Source: Lingula anatina
Taxonomy: Eukaryota; Animalia; Brachiopoda
Direction of reading: 5' to 3'
DNA: 64,000 nt
Assembly: GCA_051362555.1 (NCBI GenBank)
Contig: CM120648.1
Location: forward strand, 16,612,587 to 16,676,586
Positions 1 to 12,516 of the stretch are shown piece by piece. The translations under genes were made by a program, and so were the position numbers. Positions within the stretch are counted from its first letter, which is position 1, and each line of letters starts with the position of its first letter. The notes beneath the pieces are model-generated. The model saw only the letters and a list, made by a program, of their open reading frames with translations, was not told where the DNA came from and did no database searches.

Positions 1-477
1 TTCTCTTTTTCTCTCTCTCTCTCTCTCTCAAAAAAAAAGTCTACAAAAGACACAAGAGGCACCTACAAAAATAAACCTTACATGGTATTGGCATTTGAGA
101 AGCCTTGCTATGCTATTTTGAGATTAAAAATGGGTCTCTTTGTCTCAAAGCACCACTTGTCTGGATGTGATGTGTGTTCTTTATGAGGGAGAGAAGAAAG
201 AGGACCCAGGTTTAAAATCTGGATCAGCAACGTGTGTGCACCTCATGACTGTACTTGTGGTTAAAAACAGGGTGCTTCGGTCTGCTCGCTTTCCTCTTGT
301 GTGGTGGCTGTTTTTGGAAGGAGCCGCAGCGACAGTAGGTTTGGGGCAGGTTGTTATCCCACGAGGTTTGTGGGGTGCTTTGGGGTTGTGGCCTTGGGTG
401 CAAGAAATAGGAGGGAGAAAACAAGGTTTTCATAAAAATCCTTAAAAACTGTTACAAAGTCAATTAAAAACAAGTAT

Positions 478-620
478 TTTTATATACAGACACAGATGTG
501 TCTGTACATATTGCCATCACCTGCGTCTGTCGTCGCTGATGCCGTCGCCGATGCCGGCGCCGTGCACTTTCATTGTAAACACGATAAGTGGAAGGCAGTT
601 TTACTTTTTGGCTTTATTTA
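478..620 (+). mobile_element. 5' fragment of Helentron-associated (HINE/DINE-1-like) element, family A
   Basis: Same 5' end (tacagacacagatgtgtctgtacatattgccatcacctgcgtc...) as the copies at 12517, 14262 and 15886. Confidence 0.75.
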
Positions 621-904
621 TAATACACAGCTTCATCTGCATTTGAAAATTGATAAAGTAAAATTTTAAACATGAAGTAATTTACTAGTATGTGAAAATT
701 ACGAGATTAAAGGAAGATTTTTAAAAAACTATTTCTTCCTCCCCTTTGTTTGTTAGTCTGTTTCTTTCTTTCTTTCTTTCTTTCTTTCTTAATGTTGTGC
801 AAATACCCTTCAAATACCTTGACATTTTTCACTCTCAGTGGCGTAAATGACCCATTCACATAACCCAGATATATTTATTGTGGGTCAAACGTTCCTTAAA
901 TTTT

Positions 905-1237
905 GAAGACTAATATTTCAAAATAATCTGTCAGATATCAGCAGACTCACATTTCAAAATAAATTATTCAATATTAGCAGACTAAAAATTCTAAATTATT
1001 TATCCGATATTAGCAGACTAATATTTTATAATAATATATCCGATATTAGGAGACTAAAACTTCAAAATAATATATCCAATATCAGCAGACTAATATTTCA
1101 AAATGATCTGTCGGATATTAGCAGACTAATATTTCATAATAATATATCCGATATTAGGAGACTAAAACTTCAAAATAATATATCTAATATCAGCAGACTA
1201 ATATTTCAAAATGATCTGTCGGATATTAGCAGACTAA
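905..1237. repeat. minisatellite, about 40-bp unit (gatattagcagactaatatttcaaaataat...) x about 8
   Basis: cagactaa/gagactaa core recurs about every 40 bp. Confidence 0.85.
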
Positions 1238-3084
1238 GGTTTACACAGAAGAACTAAGAGTCTTTGTATAGGGACACAGGTGTTGCAAATATTTATGAGC
1301 ACCATCAGCTGCTCCATATGGCGCTAATAAAGGAAAGCAAGCCCGTCTCTAGCACTCCCCTGGTGGAAGATGATGAATATATCTTAGGGCAATGATTTAT
1401 GGAAGTTTTGGCAAAAATGGCATCCTTTTTTTTTCTGAAGGGTATTTTGGTATGTCTATTCAGTACTAAAACAACGCTCCTTGATTAAATACAAATCTCT
1501 AAATATAATAAATAATGGAGCTGAATGCAAATATATTAAGGTATTCTAAGTTCAGAAGATCACATTGAGAAACATTTATTAGGGGAATATAAAAAAAAAC
1601 CCTGGACAGTTTGATTAAAATTAAAGATAAATAGATAAAAAATATAAGAAATACTAAAAGAGAAAAAAAGATGGTGATGGTTATTTAGGGCGGAATTTAT
1701 GATAAGGGTCGAATAAAATAACTGTTATTCTGTTAACTGCATTCAGTTCAGTTGGTGAAGTCTCTATTTTCAGAATGAAAATATAACTAGTGTGTGGTTG
1801 GAGAAACGATAAGTTAAATGAAAATACCTGTGCAACTTCTACAAAAATATTGGTTGGGCTTTTATTTAGTTGATGTGCATTGGAATTTTAGATGGTTCCA
1901 TTATGCTAAACATTTGCGTGTTGAAATCAGTAATATGGTTTCTGCCTAACACATGTGATTCTGCTCCTTGAAATGCTATGTCATCGCAGACCTGGCCCTA
2001 CTAATGTATCAAGTCACACTGCATAGCAATTCTTCAATACCTGCTCTCTGTGCCACTTTCTTTCTCATTTGCGGTTTTGAGTCAGCGTCAGCCTATAACA
2101 GTTCCGCATATCTAATGATCCACTGCTGCTTGGTGGCTCGCTCCCTCAATGCTGCCTCAACGTAAAAATACATCTCACCTGTCTCTGCGTGACTGTTACT
2201 TAATTTAGGACAAATATGTGGTGTCTGTATTCTTTTTAGGCGTGAGGTCATAAAAGCGGCGTTTTTGGCAACATGCCAGTCTCATATGTACCACTGGCAG
2301 CCAGTTGCCTTTAGTGAGAGGAATATTCATGGCCGCCTGCCTGCCGCAGCTCTATTCATGGCAGAGGTCATATTAAACATTCCTACCACAGTGTAGGCTA
2401 TGTGGATTTTGCAAACAACAGATGGAAAATCGATAACTGGCCCTTAGCAGCTGCTGCACTGGCAGTTTCTACAGCTATGTGTGTTTATGGGAGAGCACAT
2501 ATTAATTGAGCCTCTTAAACTAATGCCTGGGTGATTGTTTTGCTATTTATCTATGTATTTATGCCATATGAAGTGAGCCACTCAAGCAGAGGTTTAGGAT
2601 AAAATGCATCATATAAAATGAGCAGCTTCAGCAGAATTTGAGGGCAGAATATATTTTAGAAAGACTGCTTATGCAGAAACTTTAATGGCAAAATACTAGT
2701 ATATTAAATAAAGTGAGTCTTTTGAACAAAGGTATAAAGGTCAATATTCTTTTGTTATACTGATGCCTGTTCTGTAGATTATTGAATTCTGATGTAGTCA
2801 TATTATTCCAGAAGTGGATATATACTAGTATTTGTATAGATTTTTACCAAAACAACATTGTCTTGAATTATTAATTGCCACCAGTTAACACAGTACAATA
2901 CATTATACAGCATAATATAATACAATACAGTAAAACTGAAGCTGATCTTTAAAAGAAGAATACTAATAGATTTTTTTTTAGACATACATTGTCTTGAATG
3001 GAATGTAGAAGAATAATTTTTCTTGAGATTTACTAACTATTTTACTTAAAGATTTGCTGGCCTACGTATACAGTAATATTACAG

Positions 3085-3085
<1 letters not shown>

Positions 3086-3126
<41 letters not shown>

Positions 3127-3128
3127 AC
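3086..3128. repeat. (CT)n(CA)n microsatellite
   Basis: seen directly. Confidence 0.9.
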
Positions 3129-4457
3129 ATTTTGTGTTAGATTATTCAAAGCCTCATTGTGTCGCTATGTCTGATAGTTTGGAATGAAGTATGGTCTCTC
3201 TCTCTCTCTTTCTCTCTGCATATGCACAGGGGCCAGTCATATTGCATTATTTGCAGCCTCATTATGCTGCTAATGCCTGATAAATAGTATAGAAAGAACT
3301 ATGGTACAGATTTCACTGCCTCTGTCAACAGCCTACAATTACTAGCAGTAACTGCATTGTATGCTCTGCCATGGGCCTAGCACTAATATGTGGGGCAGCG
3401 TAAAAAAATCATCCCAAGCTTCTATGATCTACAGAGTTTATCCTAAGCCCTGTTTAATCCAACACAATATTATGTATCCGAACCATGACATAGGAAGTGA
3501 CTGCGTTGCCCCATGCCTGTATCCATTATGAAATTTGTAAGAACAATATAGTTTCAGCTATTGATAAATGGTGATGTCGGACTTTTTGAGAAGTCATGCT
3601 ATGACGTTTGACGAGACAACCTTCTGTGCCTCCTGAGTGAAGTTCTGCACAAAACTGATGATGCGCCCTCCCAGTGTAACAATGTGTCCTCCCAAAGTGA
3701 GGCTGCGTCCTCCCAGAGTGATTCCCTATACAAAACGTTCTTTCAAAGAGGCAGAAACATAAATTGAAATTTTATAGACCTAGAATTTAAGAAGAGCCAG
3801 GGTAGTTTTTCATATTCCGCCTCATTAAGTAAACCATGAAGTCTTCAAGCCTTTGTGGTTTTGTATTTAGCATAGTATAATTAAAGCTGTTTGACATCAC
3901 GTATTGTTGTGAATGACATGGCAGCTTTTTATGCTGATACCAACGGATTGTGTTGCACCTCTTGCCTGCATTTACTAGTGGGCAATTTTCATCATCTGAG
4001 CTTACCTATTCAGTACAAATTGTAAAAAAAAATGTAAATGCCATTTATGATGGCGGTGAAGGTCTCAAGCTTATGCCTGCATACAAGTAGGCAATTTTCG
4101 TAAGCTGTGTTAGCTTGTTTGTTGTGAAAAAATAAATATTACATTATCAGCATTAGCGTAAAACCTGTTCAAGGATATAAGTAAAGGTCACAAGCTCTGG
4201 GGTGAAAAAAAAATCACTGTTTTTAATCATGATCATAAGTTTTAATACTTTGAAATGAAAAAAAAAAATTAGAAAATAGAAATGGAGAAATTCACATTTG
4301 CCTTTATATCTCGTATTCTTATAAATCACTGTTCATCCTAATTCAAACTCGGGCACTTTTTCACTAAACTGAGCCCAAGTTGATGCTAATTTTGATGATG
4401 GATGAACTATTGGCTTAATTAGTCTTATTCAACTTTGATTCTTTTATTCCCGTCTAG

Positions 4458-4607
4458 GCTGGCAGATGATAGGACAGAGCATGGCAACCGCAGCGAGAGG
4501 TCGACGCATTCAGAGGATAGACTAGAGTACCCGGATGATTATCACCTCACACGGGAGAGAGGGCGAGAGCGAGAGAGGTTTCCACGTGAGAGAAACTTCA
4601 GCCAAAG
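4458..4607 (+). CDS. spen: SPEN exon, R/E/D-rich (LADDRTEHGNRSER...)
   Basis: ttattcccgtctag acceptor, AG|gtatgt donor, phase 2-2, in frame with next exon. Confidence 0.8.
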
Positions 4608-4659
4608 GTATGTGAAACTGGGTATCTTTGTATTGAATTGTTCTTTCAGAGCACCTTTC

Positions 4660-4662
4660 AAA

Positions 4663-4701
<39 letters not shown>

Positions 4702-4703
4702 AT
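4660..4703. repeat. (AAAT)n microsatellite
   Basis: seen directly; source of the spurious YLFI-repeat ORFs. Confidence 0.9.
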
Positions 4704-5847
4704 AGGTAGATTGAAAGGGATGTTTGGACAGAATGATACAGACACACACAGACCAGATGAATGAATGAATAAAAAGTAAATAAGTGAATGTATAAATAGA
4801 AAGATTAATGAAGAGAAAGGTAGAGAAACAGATGAATGAATGATTAAGACTAATGCATGACTACATAACGTGGTGGGAAAAAACTCACTGTTTGAGAAAG
4901 CCTACTTTCAAAGGAGATTGGGTCCAAGTAGTAAATGGGAGGAGTTACAGCTGTTAATATGAACTTTTTTTCAATCTTAAAGATAGATATTCGGCAGATG
5001 TTACAAAATAAATGAGGTTGATAGCAATGTTGTTTTTTAATCAGTCCAAGGCCCATCTGGCTGACTCATCTTCATTGTCTGAAAATAGAGCTGGAAATCG
5101 ATTAAGAATCCATTAATTTTAGTTAATTGACTTGCATAATGGATTGCCTTGTCTGTAGCAACATCAAATCATGAACCTTTTTTTTTTTTTTTTTTGCATA
5201 ATGGGGCTTTCTCTTGCAGTCTTACATTTAGCGTTAGAATAACACTTTAAAGTACTGAAATCTGTCTTGTAAATTTCTTTGTCCAAAATTAAAAGGTCAA
5301 ATGACGAGAAAGATATGGACATTCGTTACCATTCAAAAGATACACCTCTTCTTGTTTCATACAAACAATTCATTTTTGATAATGAATCTGTCTCAGATTG
5401 ATTGGAAAAATTAAATCCATGACTCACGTCAAGGGCAGAAAATGTAAGAACACCTGCTACATAAACAACGTAGTGCACTTTAAATCAACTATCTGTACTT
5501 TAAGTGCTCAAACATGACTGTATTTTACCTTATCAGTATGCTATATATCCTTTTTAGAGACTCGCAAAAGTGCAATTTTGCCACAAGCCAATAAGCTTTC
5601 CAAAACTCAAGAAAAAACACGTTTCAGATAATAATAGCAAGACATCGTTTCTTGGAACCTTAATTAATTAATTTCAGAGTAATTCCCTTCCTCTTATAAC
5701 CTTCTCTTATCTGACACCAGCAGTCAGATACTGTGTATGTTCCCTGCATCTTAACCTATCTATTCATAATTGATTATCCAATTAAGTAGGCTGCTAATTA
5801 GTATGCTAATTAGTATGTTAATTAGTATGTTCACTGTATCCCTACAG

Positions 5848-6105
5848 GACTCCAGATGGCCAAACTTCTTCACAACGCACAGACGACGCAGACGCTAAAA
5901 GGTTCCACCGGCGAAAACTGAACCAAGCCAGCTCCGCGGCAACCAGGCAGTCAAGTTTAGAAAGTCAGGGAAGCGCCAAGGCAAATAACAAGAAAAATGC
6001 AGCCAATTCGCGTCAGTTTCGAAGTCGGAAATCGAGGTCGAGGTCAGCGGGATCTACATCGTCTAGCATGTCCAGTGGGAGCTCAAGTAGCAGCAGGTCA
6101 AGGAG
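5848..6105 (+). CDS. spen: SPEN exon, Ser/Arg-rich (SRKSRSRSAGSTSSSMSSGSSSSSRSR)
   Basis: ccctacag acceptor, AG|gtaagg donor, phase 2-2; SR/S-tract as precedes RRM2 in SPEN. Confidence 0.85.
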
Positions 6106-6991
6106 GTAAGGTCAAATGTCAAGGTCAAGGTGGCAAGGTCAGAGGCGAATGTCCAGTTCATGTGAAATTCCAAGAGATGGTGTTGGTTGAAAGGGATTTT
6201 ATATTTGAGCAATGGATTTTGTCAGATTTGCATCAGACAAGGGCAAAAATCTTTGAGTCTGCTCATCCCTTAGGCCACCAGGGTCTCAAAATCTTAAGGT
6301 CAAGTGCAAAATATTCTGGAAAGTTATTGAACAAATTTGTGATTTTTACTGGCCTGGATCTTTTTTGCTTACATGTTGGCATAGGGCCAGGCTTTGTAAT
6401 GCAGACTGTTGTGATCATTTTTCAATAAGTAGAACTTATGAAGTGAATTTTTTAAAGGTGTTGTTTTGTAATTACAAAGGAAATTTCCAGATTTCTTGAC
6501 ATTGAATCTGTACCAAATAATTCTCGGTATTTAAATAAGAAGAGAGCTCTTTTGATTCTCAAACTGTTCTGACCATGTTGCCTTATCTTTTTGAAAGGCA
6601 GAGGACTTGCGTATGTTTGTTCATATTTTGTATCATAACAGTGGTTGAGAGTGAGAAGGAGCATTGGTCTCTAACTGTTGAGGTACTTTTTGACGTAATG
6701 CATTTGACCATGGACCACATTTAGTCAGTCATGTTTTGGTGGAAGCAAAGATTCATCACATACATATAATATTTATAATATGTGTGTAATTCACCAAGAG
6801 CTTGTCATTACGTTATAACACATTGGGCTAAAAATCAATTATCCTAGTGTTCTTGGGCTTTTAGGGTGATTGTAATAACATGATATAATATGATATGATG
6901 AATCATTCAATGTGTATCTGACAACTTACAATATAACCACAGAGTATAGATTTGATGCTGTATGTATATCTCTTCTTGTTTGGTATTTCAG

Positions 6992-7149
6992 TCCAAGTAG
7001 CAGCAAGGCTCGAAGGTCGCAACTAGCGTCAAAGATAGAGGGAGTGGTACCGTCATCTGCGTCGGTAAAAGATGAGACGACGAGTGAGTCAGGAGGAGAG
7101 AGGAAAAATCTAGGGATTTGTATCACACGGCTGCCTCTGCGCTCTACAG
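6992..7149 (+). CDS. spen: SPEN exon, start of RRM2 (LGICITRLPLRST)
   Basis: tttcag acceptor, G|gtaacg donor; resembles SPEN FGIKVQNLPVRST. Confidence 0.92.
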
Positions 7150-9114
7150 GTAACGTAGCACGCACGGGGATGCACAAACATTGACGCACATGCAGGAACA
7201 CTCATGCGTATGCACACACACACAAGAGGAGTATTTTTATTTCTGATATATGGCCTTTTAAAAATAATAAAGGAAATCATTAAGAGCATTTATCAGTGGT
7301 GAAAATTGTATGTGCTTGTGATTTTCTCAGTATTTCACTCAGGACAGAAGGACTTTAAACATTTTATCTTGGAAAAAAAAGAGAATTTTAACAATTAAAA
7401 CTCTATTTCTTGGACACTTTATTATCGGCCCAGAAAATTTTGAATTAAAGAAGAGTAAGGTCGATCCAGAAGGAGTAAGGTCGATCCAGATGGATCTATG
7501 TAAATCTGTAGAAATGAAATCTAAGATCTGGTGCAAACGGATAAAGGAGTCTGTGTCCTTATTGCAATTTCCTACCATTTTTGTTGAATCTTAGAACAAA
7601 GTCAAGTACTGTTTAAGAAATTGTAGTTTAAGTCCCTCTGCCTGTCATTCTCCACTTGTGTGCCTTAGATTTGCGTCAAGGCCTAATGGTGATTACAGTA
7701 ATATTTCCAGTCTGGAGCCCTATTAGCGTTAGAAAATCATTGTTGTAAACCACCCAGTAACAGCAGCAGATGGCGTAATAGGGTTATTCCCTTGAGCTGA
7801 AGTAAAGTAATAATACGAAGTGAAGTAATAATAAGAAGTGAAGTAATAATGCAGAGAGAGCAAGCTGTTAGGGATGTGCCGCTGATGAATAATCCTGTTG
7901 AGAATTAGGTCATTGCGGAAGTCTCGTCAGGTATTATCTCTTAAGAAAAGAGAGCTGTTTGTGAAGCAGGTTCCTCTCTGTGCATAAATTATGCATTTCA
8001 CTCAACTCCAGACAAGCTATTTAGAATTCCTAGTCATGGGATTTGGCCGCTAAGTAAAACTGGAATTATTTCCTGGTGTGTTGGTTATTAGTGACGGCTG
8101 ACTTCATTTTCACAATCTAGAGGGGGATTATGGTGCAACCAGGATATACTAGACATCGTTATACATATTTACACAAATTTGTCTTGTGTCTGACTGTCAT
8201 GTCATTAAGGACCCAAGACACAATGTTCAAGTATGTGACAATGCATAAGTTTATTCCTGAGTATTAAAGCTGTTACTCAGGATGAAAATTGAGAAATTTT
8301 ACTAAGATTTTCGGCCTCTGAAAACCTTGAGCCCTCTGGCTGTGGATGTTGGTGATATTAATATTGCCATTCATAAATAGTAGTAGCTTTTTCGACAGAA
8401 AAAGAAAGGTGACTCAGAGATAGGACATGGAATTGACTGTGGAAGGTTGAAGTGGCTCAGTTAAGGTGAAACGACATGTAAAATTAGAAAATCTCAAGTG
8501 GCGTGTACTTTTCAAAATCCAGCTATCTCCTAGCTGGCCTGAAATGGGGTAATAGAGACAGAGAGAGAGAAGAGAAAACAAGGGAGACAAAAAGTGATGA
8601 TATGAAAATAAACATGTGAGATGTGCTACAGTGCTATATGCAGAGGATACTCTAGAGTGGATTATAAAGTGTTGGCGCCTATTTGTGTTGGTTTCACATA
8701 AGTTGCATCAGCCAGAACCACAGAGTCAAATATCATATATCCAGTTAATATGCAATGTTTGGGATAATACAAATCTTCATAGTAGCGGGGATAAAAAAGC
8801 AGAAGAAATAAGTTATGATTGGGCTTGTATTCCATGTGCGTGTATTCATGAGAACGTGGCACGGAGCAGGATGGGGGAATTGATCGTAGAATGACATGTT
8901 ATGTGACAGCGTAATCAACTGAAATTAATGACCTACTCTTTCTGATCCTGACCTTAAGGAGGAAATAGGTCATGATTTTTTTTTTCTTTTTAATAACTTG
9001 TATGTAGGATTTTACACAATATTGAATAAGGGGTGTCACTTAGACTGGTAGAAGATATGTATCAAGTGTCTTTTTTTTCTGTTGACTTAATCTGATTCCT
9101 GTGTTGTATTTTAG

Positions 9115-9226
9115 ACACCAGTCTGCGTGACGGGCTGTTTCATGCGTACAAGAAACACGGGAAGGTCACGTCCGTCGTGATTCAGGGAGAGACGGAATCC
9201 AGATTTGCTGTCGTCAGTTTCAAGAA
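9115..9226 (+). CDS. spen: SPEN exon, RRM2 (DTSLRDGLFHAYKKHGKVTSVVIQGETESRFAVVSFK)
   Basis: ttttag acceptor, gtaagt donor; translated by hand, not in ORF track. Confidence 0.95.
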
Positions 9227-10084
9227 GTAAGTTGTTTGACAATTGTAGCTATTTCTGGGGTAGCACTGGCAAATGTCTTCACTTAGCCAAATCACTACTT
9301 TTTCATCATTTTTTGTCTCCAAATGGTTTAAATTTGACTAAAACAAGTCAAATTAACCCTTTTTGGTTTAGCCAACTGACGTTACTTTTAGTATTTGGCT
9401 AAATTGGCGAGTGTATCTATTTGCTGTTCTGTCTCCCTTGTGGGTTTTTTTTCTTTCATTTGTTTCGCAAGCATTCAGTCACTTTCTGTATGTAATGGTA
9501 TGCAGGTTTTCATGACAATGAAAAAACCTCTTCTCCAGGACTGTGGTTATTTGCTTACTTTGATTTCATACCAGCACTGAATTAGTTTGCATCATTAATT
9601 TTTTTACTCTCGTTATTAAGATATTTTTAAAAAGCTCTCAGCTTTTTGTGGCTGGATGGCATTACCAAACAGGACACTATCTTTTAATGTACCTGACAAG
9701 TGAACAAATGACAGGTGCCTTGTGAAGTGTTTTCTTTGAATAATTCATTTCACAATATGCAATATGTATTCATTTCATAACGTTTAGGGCTTTGGTGTAT
9801 TTTTAACCAATCGTAACAGATTTTGAATTTAATATCATTCTTCCAAATTGGCAAGTTTGTCTTCTGTTTCAAAATTTAAAGACAGATATTATGCACTGCA
9901 CTAAATGTATCCCAAGGTGATCAAGGAACTAAACATTCTGTCACAGTTGGTAGGTGACAATAAACCCACGAAGACCCAGTCTCAGATTTCTCCCACCTTC
10001 ATGAAAGTGTCCAGAATGAGAGTCAGTTTTTCAGAGGGGGGGGGGGGGGGGGGGGGTCTGGCTAACATGCTTTCAGCTTAAGTG

Positions 10085-10172
10085 GCTTAGATGTCTGGCA
10101 CGCCTACTGAATCTGCTAAACAATAATTTGTCACCCCTTAGCAGCTTCAGTAGGCATGACAGACATCTAAGC
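10085..10172. repeat. intronic inverted repeat, 35-bp arms (3 mismatches), 18-nt loop
   Basis: gcttagatgtctggcacgcctactgaatctgctaa / ttagcagcttcagtaggcatgacagacatctaagc. Confidence 0.85.
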
Positions 10173-10295
10173 TGATTAAGTTGATTGCAATTTAGTGAGA
10201 ATCTCTGTGGAGATAGATCGATCCGCAGTTAGTATGATGGGGTCTGGGCATGATCCCTTTGATGTGATGATGTGATGTTGTCTTTATGTTGTCAG

Positions 10296-10384
10296 GAGCG
10301 AAGATGCTAAGAAGGCTCAGGAAGCGTCCAATGAAATGACTTTCTTTGGCTCCAAGATTTCCGTCACCAGTCATCCGGGTTACG
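10296..10384 (+). CDS. spen: SPEN exon, end of RRM2 (SEDAKKAQEASNEMTFFGSKISVTSHPGY)
   Basis: gtcag acceptor, G|gtaagc donor, phases fit neighbours. Confidence 0.93.
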
Positions 10385-10751
10385 GTAAGCGAGGCCATCT
10401 TTTAGCCAATTCTGCATTTGGTTGATTGGATGAGAGACTAATCAATTACTAGACCAGTATCATGCATGTTGAAAACTTAAAAAAGTAAAATAAATAAAAT
10501 AAAATAAAATGAAATGAAAAAAGCATGATGTTTGGATTGGCAGTTATTAAAAGTCTGTGAGACTAAAGCATATTTTGCCTAAATATTAGCTGATCCAAAT
10601 GTCAGCTCTTGAAATTGTTGCAAATCTTCCAGACAGACTGAACACAGTTTTCTATTATTACTTTCAGCCTTTCTGTTGGTTGGCTGTTTACTGACAAACT
10701 GCTTGATTGATTTTCAACTTGGAGTGAAAAAAATGTTTTGTTGAATTTCAG

Positions 10752-10900
10752 AAGTAGAAGACAGTGAGTTCCGCCCTCCAGAGGCCGAGTTAGATGAATT
10801 TCATCCGAAGGCGACAAGAACACTCTTTGTTGGCAACCTGGAGAAAGATATATCTCCTACACAACTGAAAGAGATCTTCAAGGAATTTGGTGAAATAATA
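10752..10900 (+). CDS. spen: SPEN exon, RRM3 start (EFRPPEAELDEFHPKATRTLFVGNLEK...FGEII)
   Basis: tttcag acceptor, gtgagt donor; near-identical to the SPEN motif DEFHPKATRTLF(I/V)GNLEK. Confidence 0.97.
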
Positions 10901-11430
10901 GTGAGTTATTTGAAATAAAAGGTTGTGTTTGTGGGAAAAAAGGCTGTGTAAACTGAGGAAATGTGTGGTAAATTACAGGAATTGAGTGTTCTCAGAAAAA
11001 CCAAAGGCAGAAGTCTGTGGAAAAAGTGGCCACTAATTACTTTGATATACCGCAAAGAAACTTTTTTTGTCAAGGTTATTCGTGTGTAACCAAATAAGAT
11101 GCTTCGTGTGAAGAATGTCTCAGGAAATTACACATTTTTTGGCCACTTGATTTTATCAATATCAAGTTTTTTTGACTAAAGCAATAATAATGTAGTCAGA
11201 ATAATGAAATGTTTAACATTTGCCTTAAACATAGAGATAATAGAATGTTTTACTATTCATGAATTGACTAATGGGCAAGTGTCACACACGCACACATACT
11301 CCAAAAAAAGGGGTAATAATAATGAAATTAAAATAGAATAATAGAAATAAAAAAGCACTACTACCAAATTATCTTTGGTGAAAATAAACTAGAATACATG
11401 ATATTACCATACAAATGTTCTTTGCTCTAG

Positions 11431-11556
11431 GATATAGACATCAAGAAACAGGGAGCAGTAACGGCCTATGCCTTTGTTCAGTATTCTGACATCAGTAGTG
11501 TAGTGAAAGCTCTGAAGAAAATGGACGGAGAGAGCATCGGGCCCAATAAGATCAAG
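11431..11556 (+). CDS. spen: SPEN exon, RRM3 (DIDIKKQGAVTAYAFVQYSDISSVVKALKKMDGESIGPNKIK)
   Basis: ctctag acceptor, AAG|gtgaag donor, RNP1-like YAFVQY. Confidence 0.97.
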
Positions 11557-12032
11557 GTGAAGTACTATATATACATATAAAATATATTCATGATTTATAG
11601 TTTTTTTTAATTATTTAAATGTATATTTTGTATATTCTACAGTTGTAATATTTTTGTATCTTTGCTCATGTTGAAACAAATGAGCTGTTCCTCTATCTAG
11701 GAGGTAAGTTTTTAAAGTGGGGCAATATGGGAAATCTATTTTAGATAATTTCTTCATCATTCATTGGGGAATTTTTGATAAAACTTTACTTTTAACATCT
11801 AGTATCCAACTTGATGACATAAACACTTCTTTTACAATATAAGTTATTTTGTATTTTGAATCATGTACTTCTATTATTTGGCAGTTAGATATGTATTTTA
11901 CTTGGAGAGAGTAGTATACACTTTCTTATATACATTCTTGTAGTATCAGATGTATTAAACAGTAGGAGCATCAGACACAGCTTTTCAACTTTAGTCCATA
12001 TATTGAAATATAACCTATTATTTTCCCACCAG

Positions 12033-12260
12033 CTTGGCTTTGGAAAGAGCATGCCCACGACCTGTGTTTGGATAGATGGTGTTGCAGACACCGTCACGGA
12101 AAAGTTCCTCTGTCGCCAGTTTGGGCGTTACGGACCCGTAAGTCACGCCGTGTTGGACAAACACATCGGACGCGCACTCATCTATTTCGATACTTTGGAC
12201 TTTGCACAGCATTCTGTGAGTGAAATGCGGGGACGTGCTTTGGCAGGGAAGAAGATCCAG
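12033..12260 (+). CDS. spen: SPEN exon, RRM4 (LGFGKSMPTTCVWIDG...GRALAGKKIQ)
   Basis: ccaccag acceptor, CAG|gtaaga donor; inside ORF 12003..12317. Confidence 0.97.
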
Positions 12261-12516
12261 GTAAGATTCAGAGATGATCATCATGGATTCTGGCTTGCTG
12301 AAGCACAAACAACATAGTCATCAAAGGTTATGCTGATTTGGTTACAAGCCAAGCTAGTTGAGAGTAAACTTAAGGTCCATATTGTTAGGTGGATTTGTAT
12401 GGGCGCAAGATTTTAGGATAATGCTTTATTTTATGATTTATGGTCTTTATTTCATTTTTTTTCCCATATGGTCTAAGTGCAATAAGAAATTGCAACCTAA
12501 ATTTTCAAGATTTTTG

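Noticed and set aside
140-445. Overlapping ORFs on both strands at the window start
   Set aside because: No recognisable domain and no splice sites that fit the SPEN frame.
905-1237. Regularly spaced repeats resembling a CRISPR array
   Set aside because: No unique spacers, eukaryotic intron, no cas genes; a minisatellite.
5997-6428. 143-aa ORF
   Set aside because: Wrong-frame overlap of the SPEN SR-rich exon running into the intron.
7660-8100. Intronic stretch that looks like a conserved enhancer
   Set aside because: Cannot be supported without comparative data.
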